From assembly GCA_943704425.1 (NCBI GenBank), contig CALSCP010000556.1, positions 32,145 through 96,144 on the forward strand: a stretch of DNA of 64,000 nucleotides. Reading direction: 5' to 3'. Origin of the DNA: Ministeria vibrans ATCC 50519 (Eukaryota; Protista; Filasterea). The notes below the pieces were generated by a model. That model searched no databases and was not told the origin of the DNA. It saw nothing but the letters and a program-made list of their open reading frames with translations. The position numbers and the translations under genes were made by a program. How positions within the stretch are numbered: the first letter of the stretch is position 1; each line of letters opens with the position of its first letter. Shown piece after piece: positions 22,980-41,653 of the stretch.

Positions 22980-24089
22980 TCAACACATGTGAAGGCCATG
23001 GCCCATTGCAGCAACGGCAACGAGAAGGGAGCAGTAGAAGGAGTCGTAGGTCGCGGAGCCGGTCACTTGGCCCGTAACAGCTGGATTGTAGCGTAGAGTG
23101 GTCACCTCAAAGCGCTCACTTGTGTTGGTCCGTGGTGGACCCCCCACTTTGATTTCAATCACATGCGCACTCAGACTAAAGAAACAAAGACAGAGGGGGG
23201 AGGAGGAGGAGGAGAACACAGTAGAGAGTGTGTGAGAGAGAGTGTAGATGATTAGGATGACAACCTTCGGTCGACGACGAGTCGTGCAGTGACGCCGTTG
23301 AAGCCGAGCGAGGTGGATGCAGCAATCGCAGCACAGGCCATAGTATTGACGTTGTTGGGTGCAAGCGGACACAGAGGCCGCACTGGGCCCGAGTAGACGA
23401 CGTACTCGCCACCGTCGGGAGGTGCCAGGGCACACTTAGCACGCAGTGACTCGGCCACCTTGAGCGAGTCAGGGTGTTTCTTCATGGTGATGGTAAGGTC
23501 GTGGAGGGTGCCGAGGTCGGACATCTTCTTGATATCATTGGCGCCCCAGAGTGCCCCTAAGCAGAGAACGACGCGAAACGTGAGTGCGTCAATAGTGAGT
23601 CTCAACAAGTGCGCATATACGACCACCATCGAATATGTCTCTCTCACCTGACGGAATGTACAGCCCACGACCATCTTCAACGGCCGCCTGCCGCAGCAGG
23701 GCCGTCTCGACGCCCTCGTCGGCCAGCGCAGTGGGCGAGCCCACAATCAGGTTTGCGTGTGTCAGGAAGCGCACCCCGTGCGACGCCACCACGGCCGGAT
23801 GCGCCACTTCAATGATGTAATCGGCATTCCTTGACGCAAATTCATCCAGGTCCGCCAAAAGAACGCCCTGTGGAAGGCTCGAATCGGCTGAAACTCGTTC
23901 GGGTGTTCTGACAACACACACACACACAAAAAAAAATCACATTTCGTTCCTTTTTCGCCACATCACTCATTCAATTCACCTGTTCCAAATAAAAGCAATG
24001 TCCAGATCTTTGCCAGCAGCTTTGGCAGCGAGTATTTTCGCAGCCAGAAACTGTCCAAGCGATCCGTAACCAACAATGCCAATTTTCAT
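22980..24089 (-). CDS. ASPDH: Aspartate dehydrogenase domain-containing protein, multi-exon
   Basis: MKIGIVGYGSLGQFL..FIWNR, IIEVAHP, VGSPTALAD, GALWGANDIKKM, TMKKHPDSL, LCPLAPNNVNTMA, NPAVTGQVTGSATY, C-terminal GLHMC. Confidence 0.9.
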
Positions 24090-24394
24090 CTTATGATTTC
24101 GTCTCTTTGTCAAAAAAAAAAAATTGAGGACGAAGAAGCTACGAGAGTGGTATTGAAGAGAGTGTGTGGGACTGTGCACCGGCGAACGAGACACAGTAAA
24201 ATAAAACTATAAGGTATAAAACTATAGTTAAATAGTTAATTATTATTTATTACTGTTAATAAATTAAGACTTGGACAGAATGAACACCTTAGGAATATCT
24301 TTTTTTTAAGAACTTTGTACACTTAACGATGTGACGTCGCTGATAATGATGATAGCAAAGAGAAGCCCGATGAGGTGCCTCAAGGTAAACAAGA

Positions 24395-26101
24395 TCATTC
24401 CAATTCACACACTTCAATAGTGACTGCCGACGCTGGAGCAACTAAAACGGGCGCAAGCGCGACCCGAGCAGAGTCGCGTGTAAGCGACACGGTCTCATTG
24501 ACACGCGCACCTAAGGGACGACCATCGAGGGATCCAGTAAAAGTCAGACCGGCGTATGTGAGGTGTTTGGCCGTCAGTGGCTCCTGTGCTTGTGAGGTGG
24601 TCCCGTTTAGCCGCACGAGAGTCGCAGTGAGCGACGAGGACACACGAAAGAGTGATGCGTCTAATGACACCGAGGCATTCATTGGACGGGCACTGTGGTC
24701 CTTGGCAATGAGCAACACACGCACACAACACGCCGCAGCAGCAGTCTTTGCGCTCACAAGTGCGTGCACTCCCGCACGGTACGACTCCGCTGTGTCAATT
24801 TTGCTCGTCACGTTGAGCCAGTGCGCTTCAGAGCCTCGTGTCAATTCGGTAAACATCCACAGACCGTAGAAAAGCGGACGCACTTGAAGTGTCGACGCGT
24901 TAAGGGCCATTGGAGTGTAATAGTCTGTGGGACCGCCATGAAATGCCACTTGACTCACTCCCACCTGACTCATTTCCGAGAGGTAGTCGAGACTCCACAG
25001 GGCGGCACCAAGTGTGTCGCTCACATTGGCCTGACCACCGCACGAGGCCGAGTTGGCTTCGCCCAGGACAAACGGGACATTGTGGTCGTGTGCGGTGCGA
25101 GCAAGAGGCGCGTACAAAAGTGCAGTGCCGCGCGATGCACGCCACGACAGTAGCGACGACATGGTCACCGTGTGTTTGGCTTTGCGCCACAGCTTGCACG
25201 TACTTGTGGGGTAGTTGTGGATGGAGAGAGAGAAGAGACGCGCCCGGTGCTCCTTGAGGTACGCCGGGAGCATGAGTGTGTACTCGGGACGGTACACATC
25301 GGCAAAGGTCGCACCCTGCACGACTGTGCTGTTCGGCAACCCATAATCGTTGGTGTACGCTGCAAGAAATTTGTCAAAGGCCAAGCGGTAGTCGGACGCA
25401 AACGACAAATTTGAGTGGGGATGTGTCGAAATGTATGAGTCGCACTCATTCCCGATCTACAAGGAGAATAACAGTGTTGACATTCTTCTGTGTCGAAGCG
25501 CTCGTCGGCCTACCTCGACAGCAGAAACAACGCCGCTTGAAAAGAGCCCCATAGACACGGCCGTTTGAATCTCGCGACCGCCAAGCGCAGCGTGCTGGCT
25601 GGCGAGGTTGGTGTCGAGAATGAACGAGACGTTCAGCTGGTGATTCGCAAGCGCTGCCGCAGCAAAATCACGATATGCCGTCAGATCTGCTCGTGTAAGG
25701 TTCACTGTGCAGCCCATGGCAGCCTCACTCGGCGCATAGTCAAAGCAGGAGTTGTCCGCTGAGTTGCCACCGACGCGAATCAACAGCGGCTGCTTAAGAC
25801 GCGTCCCAGGCGGCTGCGACGCCCGCAACACACCCAATGCGTTCAGATAGGACAAACGGGGTTGCGACGATGGCTTCCCAAGCGTTCCCTGCTCGGTGAG
25901 CAGCACGCGCGCTTTGTTTGTCTCCATTGAAAGTCCCACCACATTCGGAGGAATCGTCGTCGGTTGCGCAGACAAGGAAGAGGACACGTGGATCGAAAAG
26001 GACACCGGTAGATCACTCTTGATCTCCGGAGTGGGTGGGGTTGGTTCGCCCCAACATGCAAAATGCGTTAGCGCGACAAGTGCGAAAAATATCCGAATCA
26101 T
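24395..26101 (-). CDS. Secreted glycoside hydrolase family 79 (beta-glucuronidase-like), 2 exons
   Basis: Signal peptide; GLSME, IRVGGNSAD, spliced AVE|IGNE (acid/base), FVLGEANSASCGG (nucleophile), VSDTLGAALWSLDY, FHGG..YTP, VRPLFYG. Confidence 0.88.
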
Positions 26102-26336
26102 TAGAAAAACAATAACAATAATTTTTAACAATTTTTCATGTTTTAATAGTGATTGTGAGTATGTGACTCAAACGAATAAAAATCCTTCGCACGGGGACAA
26201 ACTGTTCACAAAATAATGACATATAAATTGATTCAAAGTCATTACATTGGAAATGTGATCTACAAGTTCTCTCGAGCGCTACAGAAACTGAACATAATAA
26301 TGTATCTCTTCATATTAAAACAATATCTCTTACGGT

Positions 26337-27105
26337 TCACTTGTAAAACTGACGGACAATGACAACGGGACAGGGAGCATGGTGCGAGCAGTAGTCGCTG
26401 GTGTTGCCCAAGAGAAGTCGTTGCAAGCCAGTGCGTCCTTTGCTTCCGACGACAAGTGCGGTTGCTTGAAGTTCCGACGCGCGCTCGACGATCACTTTGC
26501 CGCGCGTCTCGTCCTCTTTGATCACATGGCAATCAAAGGTCAGCTTGGAAATAAAAGACGGAACAACAAAACAAAACAAAACAAAAAAAAACAAAAACAA
26601 AAAACGAAATTGGTGAGTGAAAATGAGTCAAAGTTGAGGCGATGTTGACAAACCTTGCGATCTTTTGCTTCTTTCACGTACGGCCCGACATCAAAGCGCG
26701 CCCAGTACGCCTCCTACGCAGCACGCATGAGGCAACGACCACCGGCCTACACCCAATGCTTACCCGGTCGTGCACTTTCTGGTCTGTGGGTGTGCCTGTG
26801 TGAGGAGAAGGAGACGGAATCAGCGAAGGAGTGCGCGAAGTGCGAGGTTTTCGTCTCTCTGACTGATATGTTGCGACAGAGCATCGTCGCCGCTCACATG
26901 AAGCAGGTGGAATACAGTGGAGTCTCTGGGAAAGTGTGAGACGGCCCAGTCGAAGGCAGAGCGACTGGGTTCGCCACGGCAGACGGCAATAACGACAATC
27001 TGCGAGTTCACACACAAGACGGTTAAAATATTCATGGAATATGCAGTCATGGTGGCACCGCGGTACTCATAAGGCAGTATTGTAGTAGTGCAGTACCTCA
27101 GACAT
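26337..27105 (-). CDS. Universal stress protein (UspA-like), multi-exon
   Basis: IVVIAV...SRSAFDWAV..FHLLH and ALVVGSKGRTGLQRLLLGNTSDYCSHHAPCPVVIVR. Start MSE| inferred from a GT donor at ~27096. Confidence 0.88.
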
Positions 27106-27517
27106 TATAAAATATTACGAAAATCAAAAAAATCAAAAAAAAAAGTTTGATTGAATAATTTTTTTATTATTTTGACTGTTGTTATATTTTTTTGTATCTG
27201 CGTGATTTTATTGTAAACGAGTAAGAAGTTAACTGTAATGACTAATGAGTGTTACCAGAGTGTGATCAGCAATGTGTGGTGCTTAAAGCGAGCGGAAGAT
27301 TTGTCAAAAAGACAATTTGCTCTTATGCAATTGCGACATCATAATCATACGGACACTTCCGTGCACACAGAGCGATTGCTGACCCCTGGAATGTTTAAAC
27401 GTGAACCTTTGCTGACCATGAGACATGCGCATGTGTCGTCTGACCCTCTTGTTTTCCTACAGACGGCGGGTTGAGCAAATTTGAGTGAACTTGCGAACTG
27501 CCACCAAAAATAACCAA

Positions 27518-28664
27518 ATGGAAAATGTACGTCAGGAAGTCTTCGACGCGGCCCGCCGCAACGATGTCGGCGCACTGTATAGAATCATCACCAAAAACCC
27601 AGAGGCGTTTGCCGAAAGGTATGGTCTCTTTGTGGGTTTTTGGAGTGTTGATGCAATAACGGCTTCTTCCTTTTGTGTGTGTGTGTGTGTGTTGTGTGTG
27701 TGTGTAGAGACGGCATGGGCTTTTCGCCTCTGCTGACTGCCTTCCGCCACGGCTCCTACAAGGCCGTTGAGTTTATCCTGTACATTAATGGGCTTCTCCA
27801 ACACCATGGCGCACTTCCCAAACGTGCGGTTGTGCGCCAATTCTTTCGCGAGCGCTCTCAGTCTCGCAGCACTGCACCGCAGCCGACGGTCACGGCGGCG
27901 CGCCTTCCTCAAGTTCATGAGACGACCATTGACAAGTCGATGGGGGTGTCGGGCTTTGCCATGCTCGAGGAGCTTGAGCCTCAGTCGAACGACGACATTG
28001 AGGGTGGAGAAGGTGCGCGCAGTGAGTGGCTCCAGCTCAACACTGGCTACCATCACGAGTTCTCCGACGATCTCGTGGCCATGTTCCCGCAGTGCGAGCG
28101 TGTTGTCATCGACATGATGCTAGAGGCGTCTAATGGCGATCCATCATGCGCGGCCGAGAGCCTCCTCGAGATGATGGGTACACCGGCGCAGCCAGACAAG
28201 GACGCTGAGCGTGAGGCCATTGTAAGTGATTCGCCTGAGGAGTGGCCATCGTTGGCCAAGGCGCAAACTCGCGCACCGGGTGCTTGCGGTGAAGATCGTC
28301 TTGCGGAGTGGAGCATGATTGTGCCATGCGAAGAGCTCCCAAAGAGCGAAACGACAAAGGAGTCACTGCAAGAAGAAGAAACAGAGGAGGAGGAGGAGGA
28401 GGAGGAGGAGGAGGATTGGGATCTGGTTGAAGACGACGACACCAACAACGTCATGGCAATGGACGAAGCGGAGTTTTTCAGTGGCAGCGAGACAGACGAG
28501 GAAGAAGCGCAAGGAGAAGAAGCGGATGATGAGAAGGTCGGGTTTGGACTCGAGTGGTCGTTCTTCGGAGACGCATCAGTGCCCAACGCACACACTCCCG
28601 CTGCACCCCAAGAACTCTCTTCCTACGCATCCATTGCTGCATCTGTCGCACAACAGGCCGCTCC

Positions 28665-28695
<31 letters not shown>

Positions 28696-28863
28696 GAGAA
28701 ACAGTCGAAGCGACCGAGGAAAGCAAAGGAGCAAGCACTCCACAATGAGACGACTGCAACTGCACCTGCTGAATGGGAGCGTAGTGAGTTTGGCTATGAC
28801 ACGTCTAAGCTAAGGACTCGTGCTCAAATTATTCCGCGACGCAGAGATCAAAAGAGACGTTGA
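27518..28863 (+). CDS. Ankyrin-repeat + CUE-domain protein with acidic tail, 2 exons
   Basis: VFDAARRNDV...|DGMGFSPLLTAFRHGSYKAVEFIL (ankyrin); LVAMFPQCERVVIDMMLEASNGD...AESLLEM (CUE MFP and LL motifs). Confidence 0.75.
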
Positions 28864-28994
28864 AAGTATGAATAAAGTTCAATTTTATTTATTTGGAAAT
28901 GTATTCTTCTTCATTTATTTAGAACATGGTTCTGAGCTGTTTGCGTTGTCGCTTTTCGTTTGTGATTAAAAATAAATTGGAAATGTCTTCTTCT

Positions 28995-33429
<4,435 letters not shown>

Positions 33430-33929
33430 TGTACAACGTCTCTTAGTAGCGAGAGAAAGTCAATAAGTAGTTAATAGACTGATCGCACCAAATTCTTATC
33501 CAATTCAATTTGTCAGATTGGTTGAGCAATCGATCGAAAGTTACGTAACTCAACCCATTGAGTCTCATAAAACGGGATGGAAAGGACGCCTACGCACAAA
33601 TCACCAGATCGACATGCACATCAACACATATAGCATTCAGCAAGCCTATGGCAGCTCTGCGGGCCTGCAAGAGTGTGTGGAAACGACCAAAGTTTTCGTT
33701 TGTGTGGTTTGAATTTGGTTTTTTTTATATATAAAAAGGAAAATTACTCGTGAACGCACAGACAGCGTGCGCAACGTTCTAGACTTCTAGTGAAAGCAGT
33801 GTACGACTGTACGTCGTTGATCGTACGACTGTACGCTTGCACAGTTACACTGAGACTCCACCAAAGTATTTGGAAATCAATCAGTTTGATCATTGATCAT
33901 TCACTTTCATTGAGTGACTTGCACTTGGG

Positions 33930-36900
33930 ATGAGTCTGTTTAAGACTCGCACATACTGGGCTCAAACGGCTGGCGCTAATGAGGCATGATCATGAGCTGC
34001 ATATTGTCTTCTTCTTTTTCCTATTCTTCTTTTTTTCGCTCTGTGTCACTCAAACTCAAAAAAAAAAACAATATCCGTCGTCTCTTTCATTAGGAATTTG
34101 ACACTGGTTGCATGTGCGTGGGGCGCGTAGACGGCAGCGACGACAATGTTATTGTGGTGGGCAGCTTCACCGGGCACTTGCGGGTGTACGAGCCACGCAG
34201 GGCGCCCTTGGACGCCAGCAACGGCATTCACGACGCGAGCGACAACGACAGTGGCGACAACGGATCATCTGAAATAGTCGCTCCCTCCTCCATTGAGGTG
34301 CTTCCGGAACACCTGCTGCTTGAAGTGCAGCTGGAGCAGCCCGTGCTGCAGGTGGACTTTGGCCGGTTCGTCTCGCAACGGCCCGAAGTGGCCGCTCTGG
34401 CGGTGCTCCATCCGCACAAGCTTGTCGTGTACACTGTCGACCTTGTTCTTCCGTCGCGACCCGGCAAGAAGCGCTCCGAGCCCATGTGGCGCAACGAAGT
34501 CGCCAATGCCCAGCCCTTCAGCATGCCAGGCGCGCCCTCCTACCACACTCTCTCGCGTGCCTACGAACATTCCTTTGACCCTCACACCTCAGCCTGTTCC
34601 CTCACCATCGGTCCGTTTGGTCGTGTTCAGGTGACCGCGAAAACAAAAACATCAAAAGAGATCAATAGTACATGCATGTACATGCATCATGCATGACACG
34701 ACAAAAGTGATCTATGTCGACATTATCGACTCTAATATTAATACGACTACAGACCACAGCAAGAAGCCTCGTGTTTGACATACGTCGCAAACAACAACGC
34801 ATAATTACTAATTATTTTCTATTATTTTATTTTCTCAATTTTATTATTATTATTATTATTAGCTCTTGATTCTCTATTAACTTTTATTTTCTTATTATTA
34901 TTATTATCATTTCACTATCCGAAGGGAAATGTCATTTTGTTTGTATTATTAGAAGAGAAAAATGTTAAATGTACAAAATAAAACCCTTATTTCTTTTTAG
35001 GGTCGCGATTTCATAGCAGTGCAACTATTGGACGGTTCGGTGCGCGTGTACGAGCAAGACTTGTTTGCCTTTGAACGGGTGCTCGTTGCCGAGACTGTTG
35101 TGCCCGGTACGCTCACATACTGTGGTGATCTTGACTCGTTTGTGGTGGGAGAAACGGATGGGCGCGTTATGGCGTTGCCGTACGGAACAGTGCGAGGTTC
35201 AACAGGTGACGGCACACTTGCTGGCACAGCAAACGCAGTGGCACAGACGTGTGTGCCAGAGTGGACAGTAGACGTGGGTGAGAGTGTGCGTTCTGTGATG
35301 TACGCCCGAAACGTCGCACGGCACAGCCCCGATCCCTCGCAATCACAACAACAACTCACTCGCGACGCACTCATCGTGTTGGGCTCTCGCTCAGTATTCT
35401 TTATCAAACCCACCACGGGGCACATAAGCGCAAGCAAAGCCTTTGAACATGCTCCCATTTGCTGCTGTGTGTATCCTCAACAACGCCAAAAGGGCGCAAG
35501 CATCGACAGCAAACCTTCATTCACAAGTGGTCTCCTTGTTCTCACCGCAAACAATGTTCTTTCCGTCCTGCGCAACGACCAACAGCTTCTGTGGGCCGCA
35601 CACGTCGACCAACCTCACGCTCAACACGCTCTCACTGTCCAACTTGCAGTCCACTCCTTTGCCTTCGTACCCGCCCTTATTGTCACCCTCTCTGACCAGG
35701 GCCATCTAACGCTTAGCTACCTCGGCACACGTACACACAACAACAACAAACCAATTAACGCACTCTCGGATCTCCCACAACAACAAAAACAACAACAACA
35801 ACAACAACAAGATTTCTCGCGCGTCGCCTCCGAAATGACTCTCCTCCAGCGCCAAATATCCCAACAACACCAAGCGCTTACTCGCTCCCTCTCTCAGCTC
35901 TCCAATCACTCTCAATTACGACCGTACTGCAATAACCCATGAGTGCACATTGGCAAGTTTAACATGTTTTCTTTTTTGTAGAGACGAACCTCGATTGGAG
36001 ATTAACAGTGTTGTGCCCTCACAACCCGACCAAATCGCTCATAGTAGTAACGCCGACGTCAAGGATAATGATGTGACAGCACAGCTTATGGCCGAACCCA
36101 CTCTAACAGTCCAAGTGCAGCTCACGCTCAACTCACCCACCGGCACAGCACTCACTGACCTCCGGATGTATCTCTCTCCACCCGCTCACATCGAAGTGCG
36201 CTCACTCACTCACCAACAACAGCAACACGATGATGATCATTCCCAACAGTATTGTGTACATCTGAATCGCATCTCACCCGCAAAAGCACTCAATGTTCCT
36301 CTGCGCATTCAACTCTCGGCCGATCTGCTGCCGTCCTCCCCCGTTCTCCCCATCACCATCACATACCCTATCCCGTCCTCGGGTGGTGCCTTTGCCACTG
36401 CCCGCCACAACCTCCCTCTGCCTCTCTCCCTCATCGCCCATCGTGTTTCCCCTCATAAGGACGCCCGCTTTCGTCTCACTCTCGACACATCACAATCTCA
36501 TCCCATCGCACTCACCACCCTCTTCTCCGACCTCGTCAACCACCACACAACAACCGCAATCACAGAGCACGCTGCAGACACCACCACAAACGCACTCGGA
36601 ATTGCTCTCTACTGCGGCCCTATCATCACTCTCATCCCTTCAAAGCATTCTGGTCGCATCCGCATCCAATCCAATCACTTTGAGGCGCTCTGGTCTCCGC
36701 TCGAGTCCCTTGTCAATCGTCTTTCCTCTCAAAACGTCTCCCTTTCATTCCACTCGGAGCTTCCTCTCGAGCAGTACTTTTTCTTTCTCGACCGTCATTT
36801 TGAAGTAATTTAGCGAGAGAGAGAGAGAGAGTATGTGTGTGTGTTTTGTTTTTTACAAAAGTGCTTCACTCAGCCCTCTTCTGATCATTTAGGTTCGGTT

Positions 36901-37724
36901 AAAATTGCAATCGGTTCAGCGCGAAATTCATCGCAAAACGCGACTTTTTCGCGCTCTTGAAAAGCGCTTTCTCGCCACACTCAGCGAAAAGAGATCACAG
37001 AGTGAGATGAAGGACAAACACGAGAAGAACGATTCACTCTCTGGTTTGGAGTTACTTCTCGAAGAATGTTTCCAAAAGGTAACAAAACAAAACACAAAAA
37101 GGAAACAGAAAGCTTAGAGTGAAATGGTTTTGCAAAGGTGATGGAGCTGAGTGAAAGCGCGGTTCAAATGCGAATTGAGCTTGACGATGCCGCAAATTCT
37201 CTCGCGTGTGCAAATCGAGTGATTGCGCAACTCATTAGGTCCGCAAAACTAAAAACAAAAAAGAAGTAGAAGAAAGAGGATGACTGTTATCTTTTGTTTG
37301 TTTTTTTTTAGATTGACCAATAGTGACAGTGAAATAGACAGTGCCATTGCAAATGTGTTTTTGTCGGACGTCTCATCGCTCAGTGTCAGTTCCGCTGACA
37401 ATGAGTGTTCTCTCGATCAATTGAGGTGACACATTGAATGTTTTATTGTAGATTGTAGTAAGACTTTCTTGTGTGTAGGTTTGTTGGGTGGGAAGAAAGT
37501 GCTGATTTGGCACTGGTTTCCTTGCTGAGAGGTCCATTGGCCAAGTCTAAGAAAGAAAAAGAAGGTTTGTTTTTGGTGTCTTATTGAAGATTTGAATTGA
37601 AATTGTTTTGATAGGAACCAATTCGAGTGCGATTGAGATGAGTGAAGATACGGTGCGACTCAAGAGACACATTGTAATGGTTTGTGAGCGCATTCAAAAG
37701 TACTCAAAAGAGTCGATTGAATGA
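33930..37724 (+). CDS. BBS9: BBSome subunit BBS9 (PTHB1), multi-exon
   Basis: MSLFKTRTYW...NE|EFDTGCMCV, IVVGSFTGHLRVY, LLLEVQLEQPVLQVDFGRFVS, LAVLHPHKLVVY, GPFG, LSYLGT, SKHSGRIRIQSN, FRALEKRFL, GWEE, LKRHIVMVCERI. Confidence 0.93.
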
Positions 37725-38004
37725 AGTATATAAATTCTTGACACACACCGAACCGGAACAGTTGTTGACATTCACGTTTTCAAAGTATTCCCGGATTCGT
37801 ATGAACCATGCTTCAACCTTACTTAATAGACCAGTACGTCGTATTTTAATGACTATTAATTAATTGTGGCTGCAGTGTCTTTCTTGTTGGTACCAAGCAA
37901 GCTCCACGCTCGCTGCGACTTTGCGTCCTTTCCAAACCCGATTTATAGATCAAGGGGAAAACAAACAATTATTTATTTATTTATTTACTGTCATATAAAT
38001 AAAG

Positions 38005-38262
38005 TTATTCGAGAGACTGAATGTCAGCGTGAGGAGATTTCGATTCGAATGAGGAGACAACGGTCGAGACAATTTGCGGGAAAATTGTGCGAGGGGCTTT
38101 TTCGCCCCAAATCATTTCGACGTGTTGATAATCGGGATCGCAATGGACTGTGGTGGTTTCGGAGGGAAGTGTGTTGAGGAGCCAGGGGATGTCGGTGAGG
38201 CCGTCACGGGCACCTGGAGAGCAGAAGAGTTGTCATCATTAATATAATAATAATTATTATTA

Positions 38263-38314
<52 letters not shown>

Positions 38315-38348
38315 GTTATTATTATTATTATTATTATCATTATTATTA

Positions 38349-38382
<34 letters not shown>

Positions 38383-39687
38383 CATTATTATTATCATTAT
38401 TATTATTATTATTATTATTAGGCTGAGAGCTGCCATTGTGGTAAGGGTAATCGTAATTAATAATTGAGATTATTATTAGGGCAAGGGTTATCATTTGGAT
38501 TACACATAATGTAAGGGTTTGAGCTTTCTCTCTCTCTTGTGTCTCCTTTGTCGTTACCATAGTAAATGTGGGTCGGAATGCGTATCTGATGAATGGGATA
38601 CTTTTGAGACACATAAGAGCGATATTTTGATCCACTCGTATACAATTCATCAAACCTAAACACGAAAATGTAAAAAAAATTCTTCAGTCCCTCAAACTCA
38701 CTCAAAATCACCCAACATCAGTCAAACTCATTAAATTTCACTCAACCCCACTCAAACGCCCACACACTCACAGTTATATATTATTTTCTTTGCACGTACA
38801 TCTCAAAGGAACCCGACGATGAAATCTGCATCCAATGCACAATGACCTTTACACTTGTCGTACTGTACAAGTGCGCAAAATGCACTTGTTTGCGCGCCTC
38901 ACTTCCGTACATGTTCATTTGCCACCCAAACAGAGACTACAGAAGAATGATAATTATTATTATTGTAAATTATTATAAATACTATGACTAACAAAGCTCA
39001 CAATTGCACCTTAAACGTAATCATCAAAAAGTAACACACACAACACAACAACAACAGAAACGGGTCATTGCACTAATCATTATTATAGCAATCAATTGTT
39101 ATTATATTATTACCGAACAAGCAGTGTCAATCGCACTCGCAAATGTTTTACGGGTCAGCAGATTACGCCAGAAATAGACAGAGGGCCACATTGAGTGACG
39201 GCCAAAGAACAGAAAGACAGAATCGGGCGCAATCCGCACAAAAGTCCGAAGAGAACCCTCTTTAAAGCCTACAAAAACCATTTTCGTCAACTCTCCCTCA
39301 CACACGTTCTCACACACTTTTTCACACATAATTATTAACAATCATAGACACTGATGTGACGAAAAGAAAATATGACGTATTATTTTTGTGTGTTTTAGTG
39401 CCTGTGGATTTGCACGCTGGAGCAAGAGCGCAGAAGACTGAAATTTTGTGCCTCAGAGCGGGAGTGAGAGAAAAGCAGGCAAAAGCGAGTGCAGTGCCCT
39501 GCGAAAAGCCCACGTATGCCAGCCGAGTGTGGTCTGTGTGCGATAGTGCGTGGTCAATGCATGCTGGGATATCATTGTGTGCCATTTCGTCCAGTGAAAA
39601 GTCCCAAAAGGCCGCAGATTGTGGCTTCAGCGAGGTGTGTCGTGTGCTACGGGAGGGAGGACATGTCATTTGCACATAATACTGTCA

Positions 39688-39723
<36 letters not shown>

Positions 39724-40344
39724 GACATGCATTGCAGCTCAAAACAGCTCCATTCGGTACCTGTAGCGATTGCCACGGCAATTGGCAAGCCAGACGTCGC
39801 AGCCAGCATCAACAAGCTGAAAAGCGAGCGCATCGGGCGTCACCACCCACACCTCAGAGCACATGAGGAGTCCGTGGACCATGAGGACCGGTGGCTTGGC
39901 GCGGTGTGTAGCGGAGCCGGTGTCGTGAGCCTGGCCATCGCGCCGGCCCACAATGCGGTGCAGGGTCAGCATGTAGCCATCGCGCGTCTTGACGTAGTGC
40001 TCCTCGCCCACATAGCCGTGCAGAGCGACCAGTTCCATCGTCGACATGTCCATGGCGGCATCTTCCAATGGTGTGTCGCTACGGAACACACGGCGGCCCT
40101 GCAGCACCATCTTCTCTCGGAGGCTGTCGAGTGCAGCAACAATGGGCCGGGGCACCAGGGAGAACACGGCGCGTGTGACGAATTCGATGAGGACGACGAT
40201 GAAAGCAAACAGCTAAGCGCAAGTTCACGTGAAAAGGATAAGACACGAGAAAGAGAGCGAAAGGGAGGCGCTGTCGCTCGCCAGTACCAATCGCAGGTAG
40301 CCACGCATGCCATGTGAGAAGAACCGACGGCCAGGAACCGCCAT
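38005..40344 (-). CDS. Acid lipase / sterol esterase (alpha/beta hydrolase), multi-exon
   Basis: EEHYVKTRDGYMLTLHRI, PVLMVHGLL, DVWLANCRGNRY, FWDFSLDEMAHNDIPA, YVGFSQGT (nucleophile), YG|ARDGL, DYQHVEMIWG. Confidence 0.9.
38238..38420. repeat. (AAT/TTA)n microsatellite in a lipase intron
   Basis: Direct reading. Confidence 0.95.
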
Positions 40345-40589
40345 TGGAAAGAGAGAGTAAATTCAACTGAACTGGATTGAAATGTACAGTGTTACTCATT
40401 TGACATTTCACCACTCATTTTAAAGATGTCACTTGAAATGTTCTATTTGCTCACTATAAGATTTGCACACAGATATGAGGTACTACATCGATAGAGCGAT
40501 GTCTTTAAATCGCTCACTGGCATTCCTGTCATTGTCTCATATTGCGGCAACCCAAACAAACAATCGAGTGTGCACTCATTACTACATGG

Positions 40590-41301
40590 TCACCACGCCA
40601 AGACTTTCCGGACGGTCGCGACATACTCGGCGTCGGGCGTGGGCTTGCGCTTGTCCGACGTAAAGAAGGTGGCGAAGACGGGAAGGGCACGGAGCGCAGC
40701 GTGCGCGCGTGTGACGTTGGGATACTCGGCCGCAGTCACACCAGGAAGGAGCTCGTTGACAATCTCTACCGTCTCCAGGACCTTCACATCGGCCAGCGAC
40801 AGACGCCCGCCCACCAGGTAGGTCTTATCAGCGCCATACTGTCGCTCCAGCGAACCAAAGTAGCGCGGCAGCTTCGATTGAATCGTCTCGAGCCCTTTGG
40901 CCTTCGCGTCGTCGCTCTGGAAGGGATATCCCACCAGAAGTGACCAGAAGTCTTTGACTCCCTCGTAGATCATGTCGATGCTAGACGCGTCGGCGTTGCT
41001 GCTGCCGTACAGGTCCCCCTTGCGTGCCAGGTAGCGCGCAATGGCGCCGCTCTGGACGAGCCTCAGACCGTCAATTTCAAGGAATGGCACCTGAGCGAAA
41101 ACGTTTGTTTTGCGATCAATTTCCCAAATATATTATATTTCGGACTGGTTGCTGCACTGCTCCGCGCACGTCGCTCACCTGCTCCCACATTAGCATTGAA
41201 GGGTCCGCTCGCAGTGCGTCCATGTGCTCCTTTTCCGTCAGAAAGCGCTCTTCGTAGTCATTGCTGGCAACAACAGCCAGCAAGTATCGCGCAATGTCAG
41301 C
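40590..41301 (-). CDS. Cytosolic glutathione S-transferase (alpha/sigma/pi-like); 5' end lost in N gap
   Basis: LMWEQ|VPFLEIDGLRLVQSGAIARYLARK, YLVGGRLSLADV, YPNV. Confidence 0.9.
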
Positions 41302-41653
41302 NNNNNNNNNNNNNNNNNNNNNNNNNNNNNNNNNNNNNNNNNNNNNNNNNNNNNNNNNNNNNNNNNNNNNNNNNNNNNNNNNNNNNNNNNNNNNNNNNNN
41401 NNNNNNNNNNNNNNNNNNNNNNNNNNNNNNNNNNNNNNNNNNNNNNNNNNNNNNNNNNNNNNNNNNNNNNNNNNNNNNNNNNNNNNNNNNNNNNNNNNNN
41501 NNNNNNNNNNNNNNNNNNNNNNNNNNNNNNNNNNNNNNNNNATCCTATGTGGCGCTACGAGTGCCGACCAAGCTGAAATGTGAATGAAAAAAAAAACAAA
41601 AAAAAGTCGTTATCTCACGGAACTCTCACGCGCTCCTCACGCCACGCCGAGCA

